This document shows positions 56,023 to 64,000 of a DNA stretch of 64,000 nucleotides, piece after piece; within the stretch, counting starts at the first letter, position 1; each line of letters begins with the position of its first letter. The DNA is taken from assembly GCA_046726475.1 (NCBI GenBank), contig JBKPAO010000050.1, positions 103-64,102 of the forward strand, read 5' to 3'. This stretch comes from Gemmatimonadota bacterium (lineage in GTDB: Bacteria; Gemmatimonadota; Gemmatimonadetes; Gemmatimonadales; GWC2-71-9). Below the pieces are notes generated by a model, which ran no database searches, had not been told where the DNA came from, and saw only the letters and a list, made by a program, of their open reading frames with translations. The translations under genes were made by a program, and so were the position numbers.

Positions 56023-59000
56023 GTGAGCGATACGACTCTCGATCTCTTCACCGCTTTACAAGCGGCGTTGGGCCCCCAATACCGGCTGGAGCGTGAGCTC
56101 GGCCGCGGAGGGATGGGTGTCGTATTCCTGGCCGTCGACACGACACTGGACCGACGTGTCGCCATCAAAGTCGTCCATCCCGAACTTGCGCCTCACGAGG
56201 CGATTACCCGGCGTTTCCTGGCGGAAGCCAGGACGATCGCCCGCCTCCGGCACCCCAACATCGTGGCCATTCACGCCGCCGGCAGCGCGCAAGGGCTGCT
56301 CTACTATGTAATGGACGAGGTCGCCGGTGAGAGCCTTCGCGAACGGCTGAGTCGAGATGGACGGCTCGGCGTCGACGAAGCCACTCGAATCATCTCCGAT
56401 CTCGCTGCAGCACTCGACGCTGCCGGCCGGGCCGGTGTGGTTCACCGGGATGTAAAGCCGGAGAACGTTCTCCTCGACGAGTCAAGCGGAAGGGCGCTCC
56501 TCGCGGACTTTGGCATTGCCCGTGCCGTGGCCGCGGACGTCGGCGGCTCGAGCACGGGACAGGGGGTGGCGGTGGGCACCCCGGTATACATGAGTCCGGA
56601 ACAGGCGGCCGGTGAGGAGATCGATCTCAGGAGCGACTTGTACGCGCTCGGCGTGGTCGCGTACGAGATGTTGGTGGGGCATCCGCCGTTCCAGGGTCCC
56701 CACCGCGTGGTGGTGTCCAAGCACATCGCCGAGCGGCCGGTGCCAGTCGAGCGCCTCAGAGCCGAAATCCCAAACTCTCTGGGGACGGCGGTGATGCGAG
56801 CGCTGGAGAAGCAGCCCTCCGAGCGTTGGCAGAGCGGTGAGGAGCTTCGCAGGGCGTTGGCCGGGGAGTGGGTCGCCCGACCCAAACGGCGATTCGGCCG
56901 GGTGGCCGCAACGGCTGCCGTGCTGCTGGCCCTGCTCACCACAACCATCGGACTGATGCGGCACAATCCCGGGCCTCCCCGGGGTGTCAATCCGCGCCAC
57001 TCGATCCTGGTGCTTCCCTTCGATAACCTCCGCGATGATCGCACAGTCGACTGGCTCCGCGAAGGCAGCGTGAGCATGCTGGGCTTGAACCTGTCGCAGT
57101 GGAACGATCTCACGGTCGTGGATCACGAGCGGTTGCACGATCTGCTGGCCAAGCACCATCTCAGAGTGGGCGATGATATCGGATTGGACATGGCCCGCAG
57201 ACTCGCGCGGGACGCCGGAGTCTGGACCGTGGTGCTCGGTGATTTCACCCCGGCCGGCGATTCACTGCATCTCGCGGCGCGGGTATTCGATGTAGCCAGC
57301 GGGAAGCGGGTCGATATCGCCAGAGTGGATGACCGGCCCGGCGCGGATGTCCGGCCCCTGTTCGATGACCTGGCTGCCAAACTCTTGGATCTCTCCGGTG
57401 CCCCCAACGAGATCAGGATCGGACTGGCTCGTTCCACGACGGGATCACTGGAGGCGTTCCGGGCCTATCTGAGCGGCGTAGAGCAGCTGAACCGGTGGGA
57501 CCTGGCGGGCGCGGAAAGGGACCTCCAGCGGGCGATTGCCATGGATACCACCTTCGGTCTGGCCTACTACAAGCTCGCGTTGACCCGGGGCTGGATGGCG
57601 GGCACCGAAGATTCGGTGTCCGACCGGCTTATGCTCCGCGCTACCACGTATTCGGCAAACCTCCCAGCCCACGAGCGCACGGTCATCAACGCCTACCGGG
57701 CCTTCATCGGAGATCAGTACCAGGAGGCACGGTCGCTGTACGGTCAGCTCATTGCTCGCAACCAGGGCGACGCGGACGCATGGTACGGCCTCGGAGACGC
57801 CTGGTTCCATGATACGGCCGGCGTCAACGAAGCACCGTTCTGGACCCAATCACTGCGAGCCTTCAAACGCGCTCTGGCCCTCGATCCCAACTACGCCCTG
57901 GCATACGATCACGTCCAGTTCATGCTGAGTGTGGCCGGCTCCGACCACCCAACCTACGCTCTCCTGCCGGGTGATTCATTTGCCGTCACCCGGACCTCGG
58001 CCGGACGGGTAATAGTGGACAGCGTGACCGTCCGGTCGGCGGTACAGCGGGCTCGGACGGAGGCGCTGGCCACCGCCCGTACCTGGGTGTCGACGCAGCC
58101 GACCACGCTCCGGGCTCATGGCGCCATGGTGAACGCGTACGTCTCGGCCGGTAACTACAGCGGCGCACTCGCCGAGCTGGAGCGATTTCGACTGGCGACA
58201 CCGCTCCACCCCGAGCTGCCGTTTGTGGAAGGAAGGGTGCGCTTTGCCTCCGGGGATGTGGATCGTGCGGCGGCCCAGCTCAGGAATGCGCTGGACACGG
58301 CGGCATCGAAGGACTTCAAGCTGTATCAGGGCACTTCGACTGTCGTCAGCGACATTGCCGCGGCAGCCAATGTGTTTGCCTATCAGGGCGACCTGGCCAA
58401 TGCGGCCAAGGCGCTCGATCTGGCTGATCAAGTCCGACAGGAGGTCGTGGCTCATCCCGAGTGGATGGGATCCAAAGGCGGGGGTTGGCGTCGCGCGGTC
58501 ATGGGTGAGCTTTACGCGGCGGCGGGAGGCCCGGCCTCGGCATTGCGCCAGATCTGGCAGGGGACCGCCGAAGCGGCGCGCATGGCGCCGCCAGAGCAGC
58601 GAAAGCATATCGCCCACAGCGGAGCGAGTGCCGCCATCGGTCTTTTCACTGGGATCGCCGCCGACACCACAGCGCTGCACGAGTTGGAGGTCATCTCGGG
58701 TGAACCGGCAGCAAAGGAAGTCCGAGCCCTGCTTGCGGTGAGCCGGGGTGATTCGGCTGTCGCCCGTCGGGTACTGGCGGAGCCGGACTCGACGACATAC
58801 GGCAAGCAGATGTTCCGGGTGCTGACGGAACCGTTGGCGGCACAGGCCTATTATCTGTTGGGTGACTACAAGACGACGATCAGGATCCTGGAGGGATATC
58901 AGCCGTCTGCGCTCCAGACCGGGAGCTTTGATTCGGGATGGGGGATGCTTGGCCGGGTCCGGCTCTTACGGGGAGCGGCCTACGAGCGGCTGGGGCGCAG

Positions 59001-59121
59001 AGCCGAGGCGAGAGAGCAGTATCGCCAAGTCCTGGCGCAATGGCGGCAGGCCGACCCAGCCCTCCAGCCCTTCATCCAGCAGGCCCAGCGAGGATTGGCG
59101 CGGGTAGGTCATGCGGGGTGA
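56023..59121 (+). CDS. Ser/Thr protein kinase with one TM segment and a large TPR-containing extracytoplasmic or sensor region (1032 aa)
   Basis: GRGGMGVVF...VAIK, HRDVKPENVLL, DFGIA and SPEQ motifs. The TM segment is VAATAAVLLALLTTTIGL. There are multiple TPR-like repeats (AWYGLGDAW..., ALALDPNYA...). Confidence 0.85.
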   Translation: MSDTTLDLFTALQAALGPQYRLERELGRGGMGVVFLAVDTTLDRRVAIKVVHPELAPHEAITRRFLAEARTIARLRHPNIVAIHAAGSAQGLLYYVMDEVAGESLRERLSRDGRLGVDEATRIISDLAAALDAAGRAGVVHRDVKPENVLLDESSGRALLADFGIARAVAADVGGSSTGQGVAVGTPVYMSPEQAAGEEIDLRSDLYALGVVAYEMLVGHPPFQGPHRVVVSKHIAERPVPVERLRAEIPNSLGTAVMRALEKQPSERWQSGEELRRALAGEWVARPKRRFGRVAATAAVLLALLTTTIGLMRHNPGPPRGVNPRHSILVLPFDNLRDDRTVDWLREGSVSMLGLNLSQWNDLTVVDHERLHDLLAKHHLRVGDDIGLDMARRLARDAGVWTVVLGDFTPAGDSLHLAARVFDVASGKRVDIARVDDRPGADVRPLFDDLAAKLLDLSGAPNEIRIGLARSTTGSLEAFRAYLSGVEQLNRWDLAGAERDLQRAIAMDTTFGLAYYKLALTRGWMAGTEDSVSDRLMLRATTYSANLPAHERTVINAYRAFIGDQYQEARSLYGQLIARNQGDADAWYGLGDAWFHDTAGVNEAPFWTQSLRAFKRALALDPNYALAYDHVQFMLSVAGSDHPTYALLPGDSFAVTRTSAGRVIVDSVTVRSAVQRARTEALATARTWVSTQPTTLRAHGAMVNAYVSAGNYSGALAELERFRLATPLHPELPFVEGRVRFASGDVDRAAAQLRNALDTAASKDFKLYQGTSTVVSDIAAAANVFAYQGDLANAAKALDLADQVRQEVVAHPEWMGSKGGGWRRAVMGELYAAAGGPASALRQIWQGTAEAARMAPPEQRKHIAHSGASAAIGLFTGIAADTTALHELEVISGEPAAKEVRALLAVSRGDSAVARRVLAEPDSTTYGKQMFRVLTEPLAAQAYYLLGDYKTTIRILEGYQPSALQTGSFDSGWGMLGRVRLLRGAAYERLGRRAEAREQYRQVLAQWRQADPALQPFIQQAQRGLARVGHAG

Positions 59122-59153
59122 TGTCAGCGGGGCAGCGGGGAAGCGGGGGCAGC
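59113..59153. repeat. Left arm of an inverted simple repeat (GCGGGGMA units: gcggggtgatgtcagcggggcagcggggaagcgggggcagc)
   Basis: Read directly. It begins in the last codons of the kinase gene. Confidence 0.75.
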
Positions 59154-59204
59154 CCGGAACGACTTTAAGACCATGCACTACGGGGAAATGGCTCCCCTAC
59201 ATCG

Positions 59205-59245
59205 AGTTGCTGCCCCGCTTCCCCGCTGCCCCGCTTCCCCGCTAT
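59205..59245. repeat. Right arm (gttgctgccccgcttccccgctgccccgcttccccgctatc), reverse complement of the 59113-59153 unit type
   Basis: Read directly. It ends about 10 nt before the RNase P RNA P1 stem. Confidence 0.75.
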
Positions 59246-59253
59246 CTTTCTCC

Positions 59254-59647
59254 CACTGGTCAAGCACGATGGTCGCGGGCGCCGATGAGGTGCCCGAGGA
59301 AAGTCCGAGCTCCATCGGGTGGACTGCCAGGTAATGCCTGGGCGCCGAAAGGCGACGGATAGGGCCACAGAAAAGAGACCGCCCACCGCGAGGTGGGTAA
59401 GGGTGAAATGGTGGGGTAAGAGCCCACCGCGCCACTGGTAACAGTGGTGGCAGGGTAACCCCCAGTCGGAGCAAGGCCAAATAGGCGGCGAGGTGTGACC
59501 CACACCGCCCATCCCAAATCCAAGCTGCACCAGGAAGCGGGAAGCCGCGGGTAGGCTGCTAGAGGTAGCCGGCGACGGCTATCGCAGACAGATGACCATC
59601 TCCGGGCGATCCCGGAAACAGAACTCGGCTTACGGCTCGACCAGCGG
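59254..59647 (+). ncRNA. rnpB: RNase P RNA, bacterial type A
   Basis: Universal blocks GAGGAAAGTCCG, ACAGAAA, GGTAAGGGTGAAA.GGTGGGGTAAGAGCCCACC, GGTAACAG, GAGCAAGGCCAAATAGG, GGGTAGGCTGCT and ACAGAACTCGGCTTAC. The P1 stem pairs CTGGTC at the 5' end with GACCAG at the 3' end, and P2 pairs GATGGTC with GACCATC. Confidence 0.9.
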
Positions 59648-59650
59648 CGG

Positions 59651-59681
59651 CCCTCCGGATTTCCGGAGGGCTGTTGGTTTT
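59651..59681 (+). terminator. Rho-independent terminator of rnpB (CCCTCCGG-ATTT-CCGGAGGG followed by CTGTTGGTTTT)
   Basis: An 8-bp GC stem with a tetraloop and a T-rich tail, read directly after the P1 3' strand. Confidence 0.6.
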
Positions 59682-59727
59682 AGTCCCCAGCGCCTTACCT
59701 TTTCTGGCTCGAACCTTTGGGGGAACA

Positions 59728-60507
59728 ATGCGGTTACGGATCGACCTTCGGGCTCTGGCAGTGATGAGCCTCGGGCTCTCACTGTCGACTGCACCAACGA
59801 CCACGAAATATCGGATCGATCAGACCCTGTCGCAGGAAATCGATGCCACGCCGGCTGGCGGCGCAAAGCAGAAGATCGCCTTTCGTACCACCAGCTTCGT
59901 GACCGTCACTCTGGCGGACAGCGGCGGCGGCAAGGTCATTCGGGTCATCGTCGATTCCTTGCGGGGCGATAGCGCGACACCAATCCCAGCGGCAGTTCTC
60001 GATAGCGCGCGAGGCGCCGAGTTCCGCGGTTTTCTCGAGAAATCGGGACGACCATCGGCACTCAAGCCTACCGGGACGAGCGGGGCGGGCGTCCAGGTGC
60101 AGGGGTTACTGAGCGATTTCTTCCCCTGGGCGAGGCCGGGCCTCAAGGTGGGAGACCGCTGGGCGGACACCACGGCAAACACTAACGGCGTCGGCGCCGA
60201 TAGCGTCACCGTGCGTCGGGTGAGTTCCTACAAGGCTACGTCGAATGAGACCCGGAACTCCCGAAAAGCCGTTCTCATCACCCAGGACTTCACGTCCTCG
60301 GTCACCGGGACCCAGCCGACCCCACAGGGGCCGGCACGGATTGAAGGGACGGGCACCGGCAACGGTACATACTATGTCGGACCCGATGGTGGGTATCTGG
60401 GAGGAACCTGGCAGCAGCAATCCTCACTCAAGATCTCCGGCACCTTTTCACCGCAGCCGCTGCCGATCACCATCGTTCAAAAGACCACGGTCAGCACACT
60501 CAAGTGA
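59728..60507 (+). CDS. Hypothetical secreted protein, paralog A (259 aa)
   Basis: The signal-like N-terminus is MRLRIDLRALAVMSLGLSLS. It is beta-rich and shows clear similarity to the next gene. Confidence 0.6.
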   Translation: MRLRIDLRALAVMSLGLSLSTAPTTTKYRIDQTLSQEIDATPAGGAKQKIAFRTTSFVTVTLADSGGGKVIRVIVDSLRGDSATPIPAAVLDSARGAEFRGFLEKSGRPSALKPTGTSGAGVQVQGLLSDFFPWARPGLKVGDRWADTTANTNGVGADSVTVRRVSSYKATSNETRNSRKAVLITQDFTSSVTGTQPTPQGPARIEGTGTGNGTYYVGPDGGYLGGTWQQQSSLKISGTFSPQPLPITIVQKTTVSTLK

Positions 60508-60514
60508 GCCGTTC

Positions 60515-61402
60515 ATGCCTGTGAGATCGAGTCTTGCTCTGCTGGGCTGTTTGATCATCGTCGGTTGCGGAGGCGCAACGTCGACGACCAACCAACCCGG
60601 CACCCCCGCACCCGAGCCAAACCCCTCCACCCCGGGCACGCCAAACAGCGCCAGTGGGGGGATCAATTACCTCCCGATTCGGGATGTCGGGTATCAGCTG
60701 GCGAGACACGACAGTATCACCCTGCAGCTACCTGGCGGGGCCAACCAGGTTCAGATCATCGACCGCACTGCCTATGTCCGGCTCACACTAGCCCGTGACA
60801 CCAGTGGATACCTGGCGACCATCGTGCTCGATTCGCTCCAGGCGGCGGTCGGAGGGGTGCCCGCAGCTCCGGATTCGATCATCCCGGCTCGGGGCACGCG
60901 CTGGACCGCCACCCTCACACCCAATGGCGAGCTTTCCGCCCTACGAGCCGACCGTACCACCACCCTCGGCGACCAGATTGGGAGCAGCCTGCGGGCTCTT
61001 TTCCCGGCACTTCCTCCCGGGGGTGCCCGTGCCGGTATGGAATGGACGGATACAACCGAAGTCCCCATCCGCGCCGATGCCTTCGACGCCGTCGAACGAT
61101 CGCTCACCAGCTACCACGCTACGGATAGCGACGATCCCAAGGTGAAAAAGGCGCTCAAGCTGGACAGCAAGGGAACGTACCAGCGAACCGGGAAGGGAAC
61201 TCAGTACGACCAGCAGATGGAAATGACTGCCTCGGGCAGCCGGATGGGGGTGTACTATGTGAACCCTGACGGCACCCTGGCGTCGGCTCGGGGCAGCGAT
61301 TCAGGAGACATGACCATCACCGTTCCGGCTGTCGGGCAGACGGTGCCGGTCAAGCAGGCGGGTACCTACATCATCAGCACAACGCGTCAGACCAAACGCT
61401 GA
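60515..61402 (+). CDS. Hypothetical lipoprotein, paralog B (295 aa)
   Basis: The N-terminus MPVRSSLALLGCLIIVGCGG has a lipobox (IVGC). It shares blocks with paralog A (IVLDSL, EWTDTT, YYVNPDG). Confidence 0.6.
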   Translation: MPVRSSLALLGCLIIVGCGGATSTTNQPGTPAPEPNPSTPGTPNSASGGINYLPIRDVGYQLARHDSITLQLPGGANQVQIIDRTAYVRLTLARDTSGYLATIVLDSLQAAVGGVPAAPDSIIPARGTRWTATLTPNGELSALRADRTTTLGDQIGSSLRALFPALPPGGARAGMEWTDTTEVPIRADAFDAVERSLTSYHATDSDDPKVKKALKLDSKGTYQRTGKGTQYDQQMEMTASGSRMGVYYVNPDGTLASARGSDSGDMTITVPAVGQTVPVKQAGTYIISTTRQTKR

Positions 61403-61413
61403 CTGCCACGGGC

Positions 61414-61890
61414 CTAGAAAACGGAGTCGGGATCTCGGCCCAGCTCCTGGACGCTACGGATCGGCTGCTCTTCCGGACTACGATCTTTCGTCGTCTCGCG
61501 CGACCGTTCCCGAAGTCGGTCGATGCGGTCGACTGCACCGACTTTGATCCGGCTCAAGGTCCCGCCCAGCCTCTTCCGGGTGGAAGCACCGCGCTCTGTC
61601 ATGAGCAGCGCAGAGATCCCCGCTCCAACGACAACTCCCGTCAGTGCGGCGACCCACTTCTCCCGTTGGGACTGACGCCGGCGACGCCGGAGCTCCCGCT
61701 GGAGGTAGGCGATCGTCCCCGCCGCCTCTCCCCTGATCGACTCCAGCCCCCGGCCGACACGCCGTCTGGTTTTCGCACCCTCTTCCGGGGCCAATAATAT
61801 GGCCGCTCCAGCACCGAGGGTGGCGGCGAGGGCTGCCAGCGAGATAAATCCCCCTCGTTCCGAAATCTGTCGATTGTCCTGTGTGGTCAT
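61414..61890 (-). CDS. YtxH domain-containing protein (two YtxH-like segments)
   Basis: LLAPEEGAKTRRRV and LLMTERGASTRKRL each follow a hydrophobic helix. Confidence 0.7.
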   Translation of the reverse strand: MTTQDNRQISERGGFISLAALAATLGAGAAILLAPEEGAKTRRRVGRGLESIRGEAAGTIAYLQRELRRRRRQSQREKWVAALTGVVVGAGISALLMTERGASTRKRLGGTLSRIKVGAVDRIDRLRERSRETTKDRSPEEQPIRSVQELGRDPDSVF

Positions 61891-61921
61891 TGATGGTCTC
61901 TCTGGTCGATTGCGATAGGTA

Positions 61922-63037
61922 CTAATCTACCAGCCGTAAAGGCATCACCAGCGCCAGGTAGCTTGCCGGGTCGTCCCACCCGACCGGCTCGCAGGTGGCC
62001 GCGCGCTCGGGAGCCTTGAATGTCATCCGGACCTCGTCAGTCGGGATGTACTTGAGGATTTCGAGCAGGTACGCAGCATTGAAGCCGATCTCCAGCGGAT
62101 CGCCCTCGTAGCTCACGTTGACTTCTTCCTGCGCCTCGCCGAGGTCCGGGGTCTGCACCGAGAGCTTGCACGACCCGTTGGCAAAGGCCATGCGGATCCG
62201 GTGGGTCTGGTCGCTTGCGACGATGCTCATCCGTCGGAGGGCCGAGCTCAGAGCAGTCTTGTCGGCCGTGGCCACCTTGTCATTCTCGCGGGGAATGACC
62301 TGCTCGTAGTTAGGGTAGGGTCCCTCGATGAGCCGCGTAAAGATCTGGGTCGAGCTGGTACGAAAACCGAGATGGTTTTCGCTCCGGGCGATCTCCACCG
62401 TCTCGTCGGTGTCGAAGAGCCGCCGGATTTGCTCCAGGGCCTTAGGTGGAACGATCAGATCTGCTTGCGAGGCTCCCTGGGTCTCGCTGGTCGGCACGTC
62501 CATGCGGGCCAACCGGTGTCCATTGGTTGCCACCATGCGCATGCGCTCGGGGCGCAGCTCCCAAAGAACCCCGTTCAGAATCGGCCGGCTCTCCTCGGTG
62601 CTGGCTGCGAAGGCAACATGGCCGATCAGCTTCTGGAGCTCCCTCGAGGAGGTTCGCCAGCCGCCTTCGAACTTGACGCTGGGGAAGGCCGGGAACTCCT
62701 CGCGTGGCAGCCCCAGCAGCCGGAATCTGGATCGCCCACATTCAATGGTCACCCGCTGCTCGCCCGAAGCAGTCAGCCGAATCGCGGCGCTGGGGAGCTC
62801 CCTCACGATCTCGACCAGCTTGCGGGCCGGCAGGGTGATCGCACCTTCCTGGTCGACCGATGCTGATACGGTGGTGCTGACTGAGATATCGAGATCGGTG
62901 CCCGACAGGCGAATGCCGTCTTTCGCCGCCTCGAGTAGAATGTTCGAGAGGATCGGCAACGTCGTCTTGGCCGGAACGCTGGCAGCAACGGCAACGAGAC
63001 CCTCCTGCAGCTGCTCCCGCGTGATCGTAAGCTTCAT
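61922..63037 (-). CDS. dnaN: DNA polymerase III beta sliding clamp
   Basis: The N-terminus is MKLTITREQLQEGL...TTLPILSNILLEA. It is 371 aa and has the C-terminal MPLRL motif. Confidence 0.95.
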   Translation of the reverse strand: MKLTITREQLQEGLVAVAASVPAKTTLPILSNILLEAAKDGIRLSGTDLDISVSTTVSASVDQEGAITLPARKLVEIVRELPSAAIRLTASGEQRVTIECGRSRFRLLGLPREEFPAFPSVKFEGGWRTSSRELQKLIGHVAFAASTEESRPILNGVLWELRPERMRMVATNGHRLARMDVPTSETQGASQADLIVPPKALEQIRRLFDTDETVEIARSENHLGFRTSSTQIFTRLIEGPYPNYEQVIPRENDKVATADKTALSSALRRMSIVASDQTHRIRMAFANGSCKLSVQTPDLGEAQEEVNVSYEGDPLEIGFNAAYLLEILKYIPTDEVRMTFKAPERAATCEPVGWDDPASYLALVMPLRLVD

Positions 63038-63267
63038 GCCTCTCCTCGGAACGCTTTAATAGATACTACTCTTCTTATTTAAAAAACTTAGTAGCCGTAG
63101 TAGAGACTCTGGAAATGTTGAACGGCTCTCCAAGGAAGTCAGGTCACTTACATTTACGGGTCTGTAGTGCTGTCGACTCCATGTGTGCTATGGGGACGTA
63201 AGCACTCGAAAATCGCTGCTGTCCACTCCTATCCAGACTGCCCACAACTGAAAACATGACGCGGGGA
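63038..63267. other. oriC: Candidate oriC segment (dnaA-dnaN intergenic): AT-rich stretch plus three phased DnaA-box-like 9-mers
   Basis: The AT-rich stretch cttcttatttaaaaaactta is at about 63071-63090. The 9-mers are ctgTCCACt (about 63219), cTATCCAgA (about 63229) and ctgCCCACA (about 63238), compared with the consensus TTATCCACA. Confidence 0.45.
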
Positions 63268-64000
63268 TTATTCTGCGGACAACTCCTGGCGCGCATGCTC
63301 GACCCGCTCTCGAAACCCACGATCCCGTGACATTTGCCGGCTCACCTTGTCGACGCTATGAATGACGGTCGAATGATCCCGGCCTCCGAATGCCTGCCCG
63401 ATCTCGACCAACTGCATTTCAAGTAGCTCCCGCGCAAGATACATAGCAATCTGACGGGGCACGGTGAGGGTTTTGATCCGGGCCTTGGAGCGAAGTCCCT
63501 CCGGGGTGACACCCCAGCGGCGGGCGACGACCTCCTGCACCTTGTTGATGGAGGGAAGTGCTCGCGGCGCGGCCAAACCGTCCTCGCCCGGCCTGATCTT
63601 GTCGGAGAGCGCCTCCCGAGCCAGCTCGATCGACACCTCTTTATGCTTGAGCGATGCGAACAAGAGCAGCTTGATGATGCACCCTTCGAGCTCCCGGACG
63701 TTGGAGCGGACGTGCTCGGCGATAAACCGAAGCACGTCGTCGGGAATGGTGAGCTCGAGGTGATCCTGCTCCTGCTTCTTGCGGAGAATGGCGATCCGGT
63801 GCTCCAGGTCGGGCTGGCCGATATCGGCGACCATCCCCCACTCGAAGCGGCTCACCAGGCGGGCCTCCAGGCCCGGCAGCTCTTTGGGCGGCCGATCAGA
63901 GGTCAGCACGATCTGCTTGTTGCCCTCGTATAAGGCGTTAAAGGTGTGAAAGAACTCTTCTTGCGTCATTTCCTTGCCTTCGAGGAAATGCACATCGTCC
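63268..64000 (-). CDS. dnaA: Chromosomal replication initiator DnaA, C-terminal about 244 aa; the N-terminus lies beyond the right edge
   Basis: The frame is open to position 64000 (...DDVHFLEGKE...). It has AAA+ sensor motifs and the domain IV signature GGRDHSTVIHS. Confidence 0.95.
   Translation of the reverse strand, partial: DDVHFLEGKEMTQEEFFHTFNALYEGNKQIVLTSDRPPKELPGLEARLVSRFEWGMVADIGQPDLEHRIAILRKKQEQDHLELTIPDDVLRFIAEHVRSNVRELEGCIIKLLLFASLKHKEVSIELAREALSDKIRPGEDGLAAPRALPSINKVQEVVARRWGVTPEGLRSKARIKTLTVPRQIAMYLARELLEMQLVEIGQAFGGRDHSTVIHSVDKVSRQMSRDRGFRERVEHARQELSAE

Noticed and set aside
59165-59866. ORFs 59165..59530, 59178..59480, 59260..59523 and 59559..59804 (all minus strand), and 59592..59972 (+).
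   Set aside because: The region is occupied by a type-A RNase P RNA with all universal sequence blocks and by its terminator. The ORFs are artefacts of the structured GC-rich RNA gene.
1-64000. tRNA or rRNA genes, IS elements, integrases, a prophage, toxin-antitoxin pairs, restriction-modification systems or other defence systems.
   Set aside because: Reading both strands revealed no T-loop or anticodon-arm-like sequences, no transposase or recombinase motifs (DDE, tyrosine or serine recombinase), and no nuclease, methylase or helicase clusters. Almost every gap longer than 100 nt is accounted for by promoters, hairpins, parS, rnpB or the origin spacer.

Overview
Dense, high-GC, origin-proximal bacterial chromosome. 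About 65 protein genes, one ncRNA, no rRNA or tRNA, no CRISPR array, no IS, integrase or prophage, and no recognisable defence island. Gene content (GWxTD protein, bactofilin, four-helix-bundle gene, bacillithiol-type genes) suggests Gemmatimonadota or a related phylum, but that is only an inference. Anchors: dnaA (partial) and dnaN with an AT-rich DnaA-box intergenic region at the right edge; mnmG, two parS sites and a parA-parB-M23 peptidase-bactofilin operon at 21.9-27.1 kb; sufR-sufBCDS-sufU at 27.9-33.9 kb; copA-csoR; a BMP-type nucleoside ABC transporter with an embedded Nif3 gene; polA; rnd; def; pyrE; two Ser/Thr kinases; and a type-A RNase P RNA at about 59.25-59.65 kb that the ORF track covers only with spurious ORFs. 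I see no clear novel multi-gene system. The observations most worth a second look: (1) a four-helix-bundle (23S-IVS protein / Avd family) gene on a ~0.5-kb cassette bracketed by inverted simple-repeat arms, plus three more intergenic loci built the same way from different repeat units; (2) four tandem copies of an anti-SD-complementary heptamer in front of ndh; (3) an M48 peptidase split by a 1-nt frameshift; (4) tandem paralogous secreted proteins of unknown function next to rnpB and dnaN; (5) a six-gene translationally coupled kinase-pyrE operon; (6) an orphan ORF coupled to HIT and GNAT genes. CDS coordinates come from the ORF track, with starts re-chosen by signal peptides, RBS and homology. 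Coordinates of non-ORF features were counted by hand and may be off by 1-2 nt.
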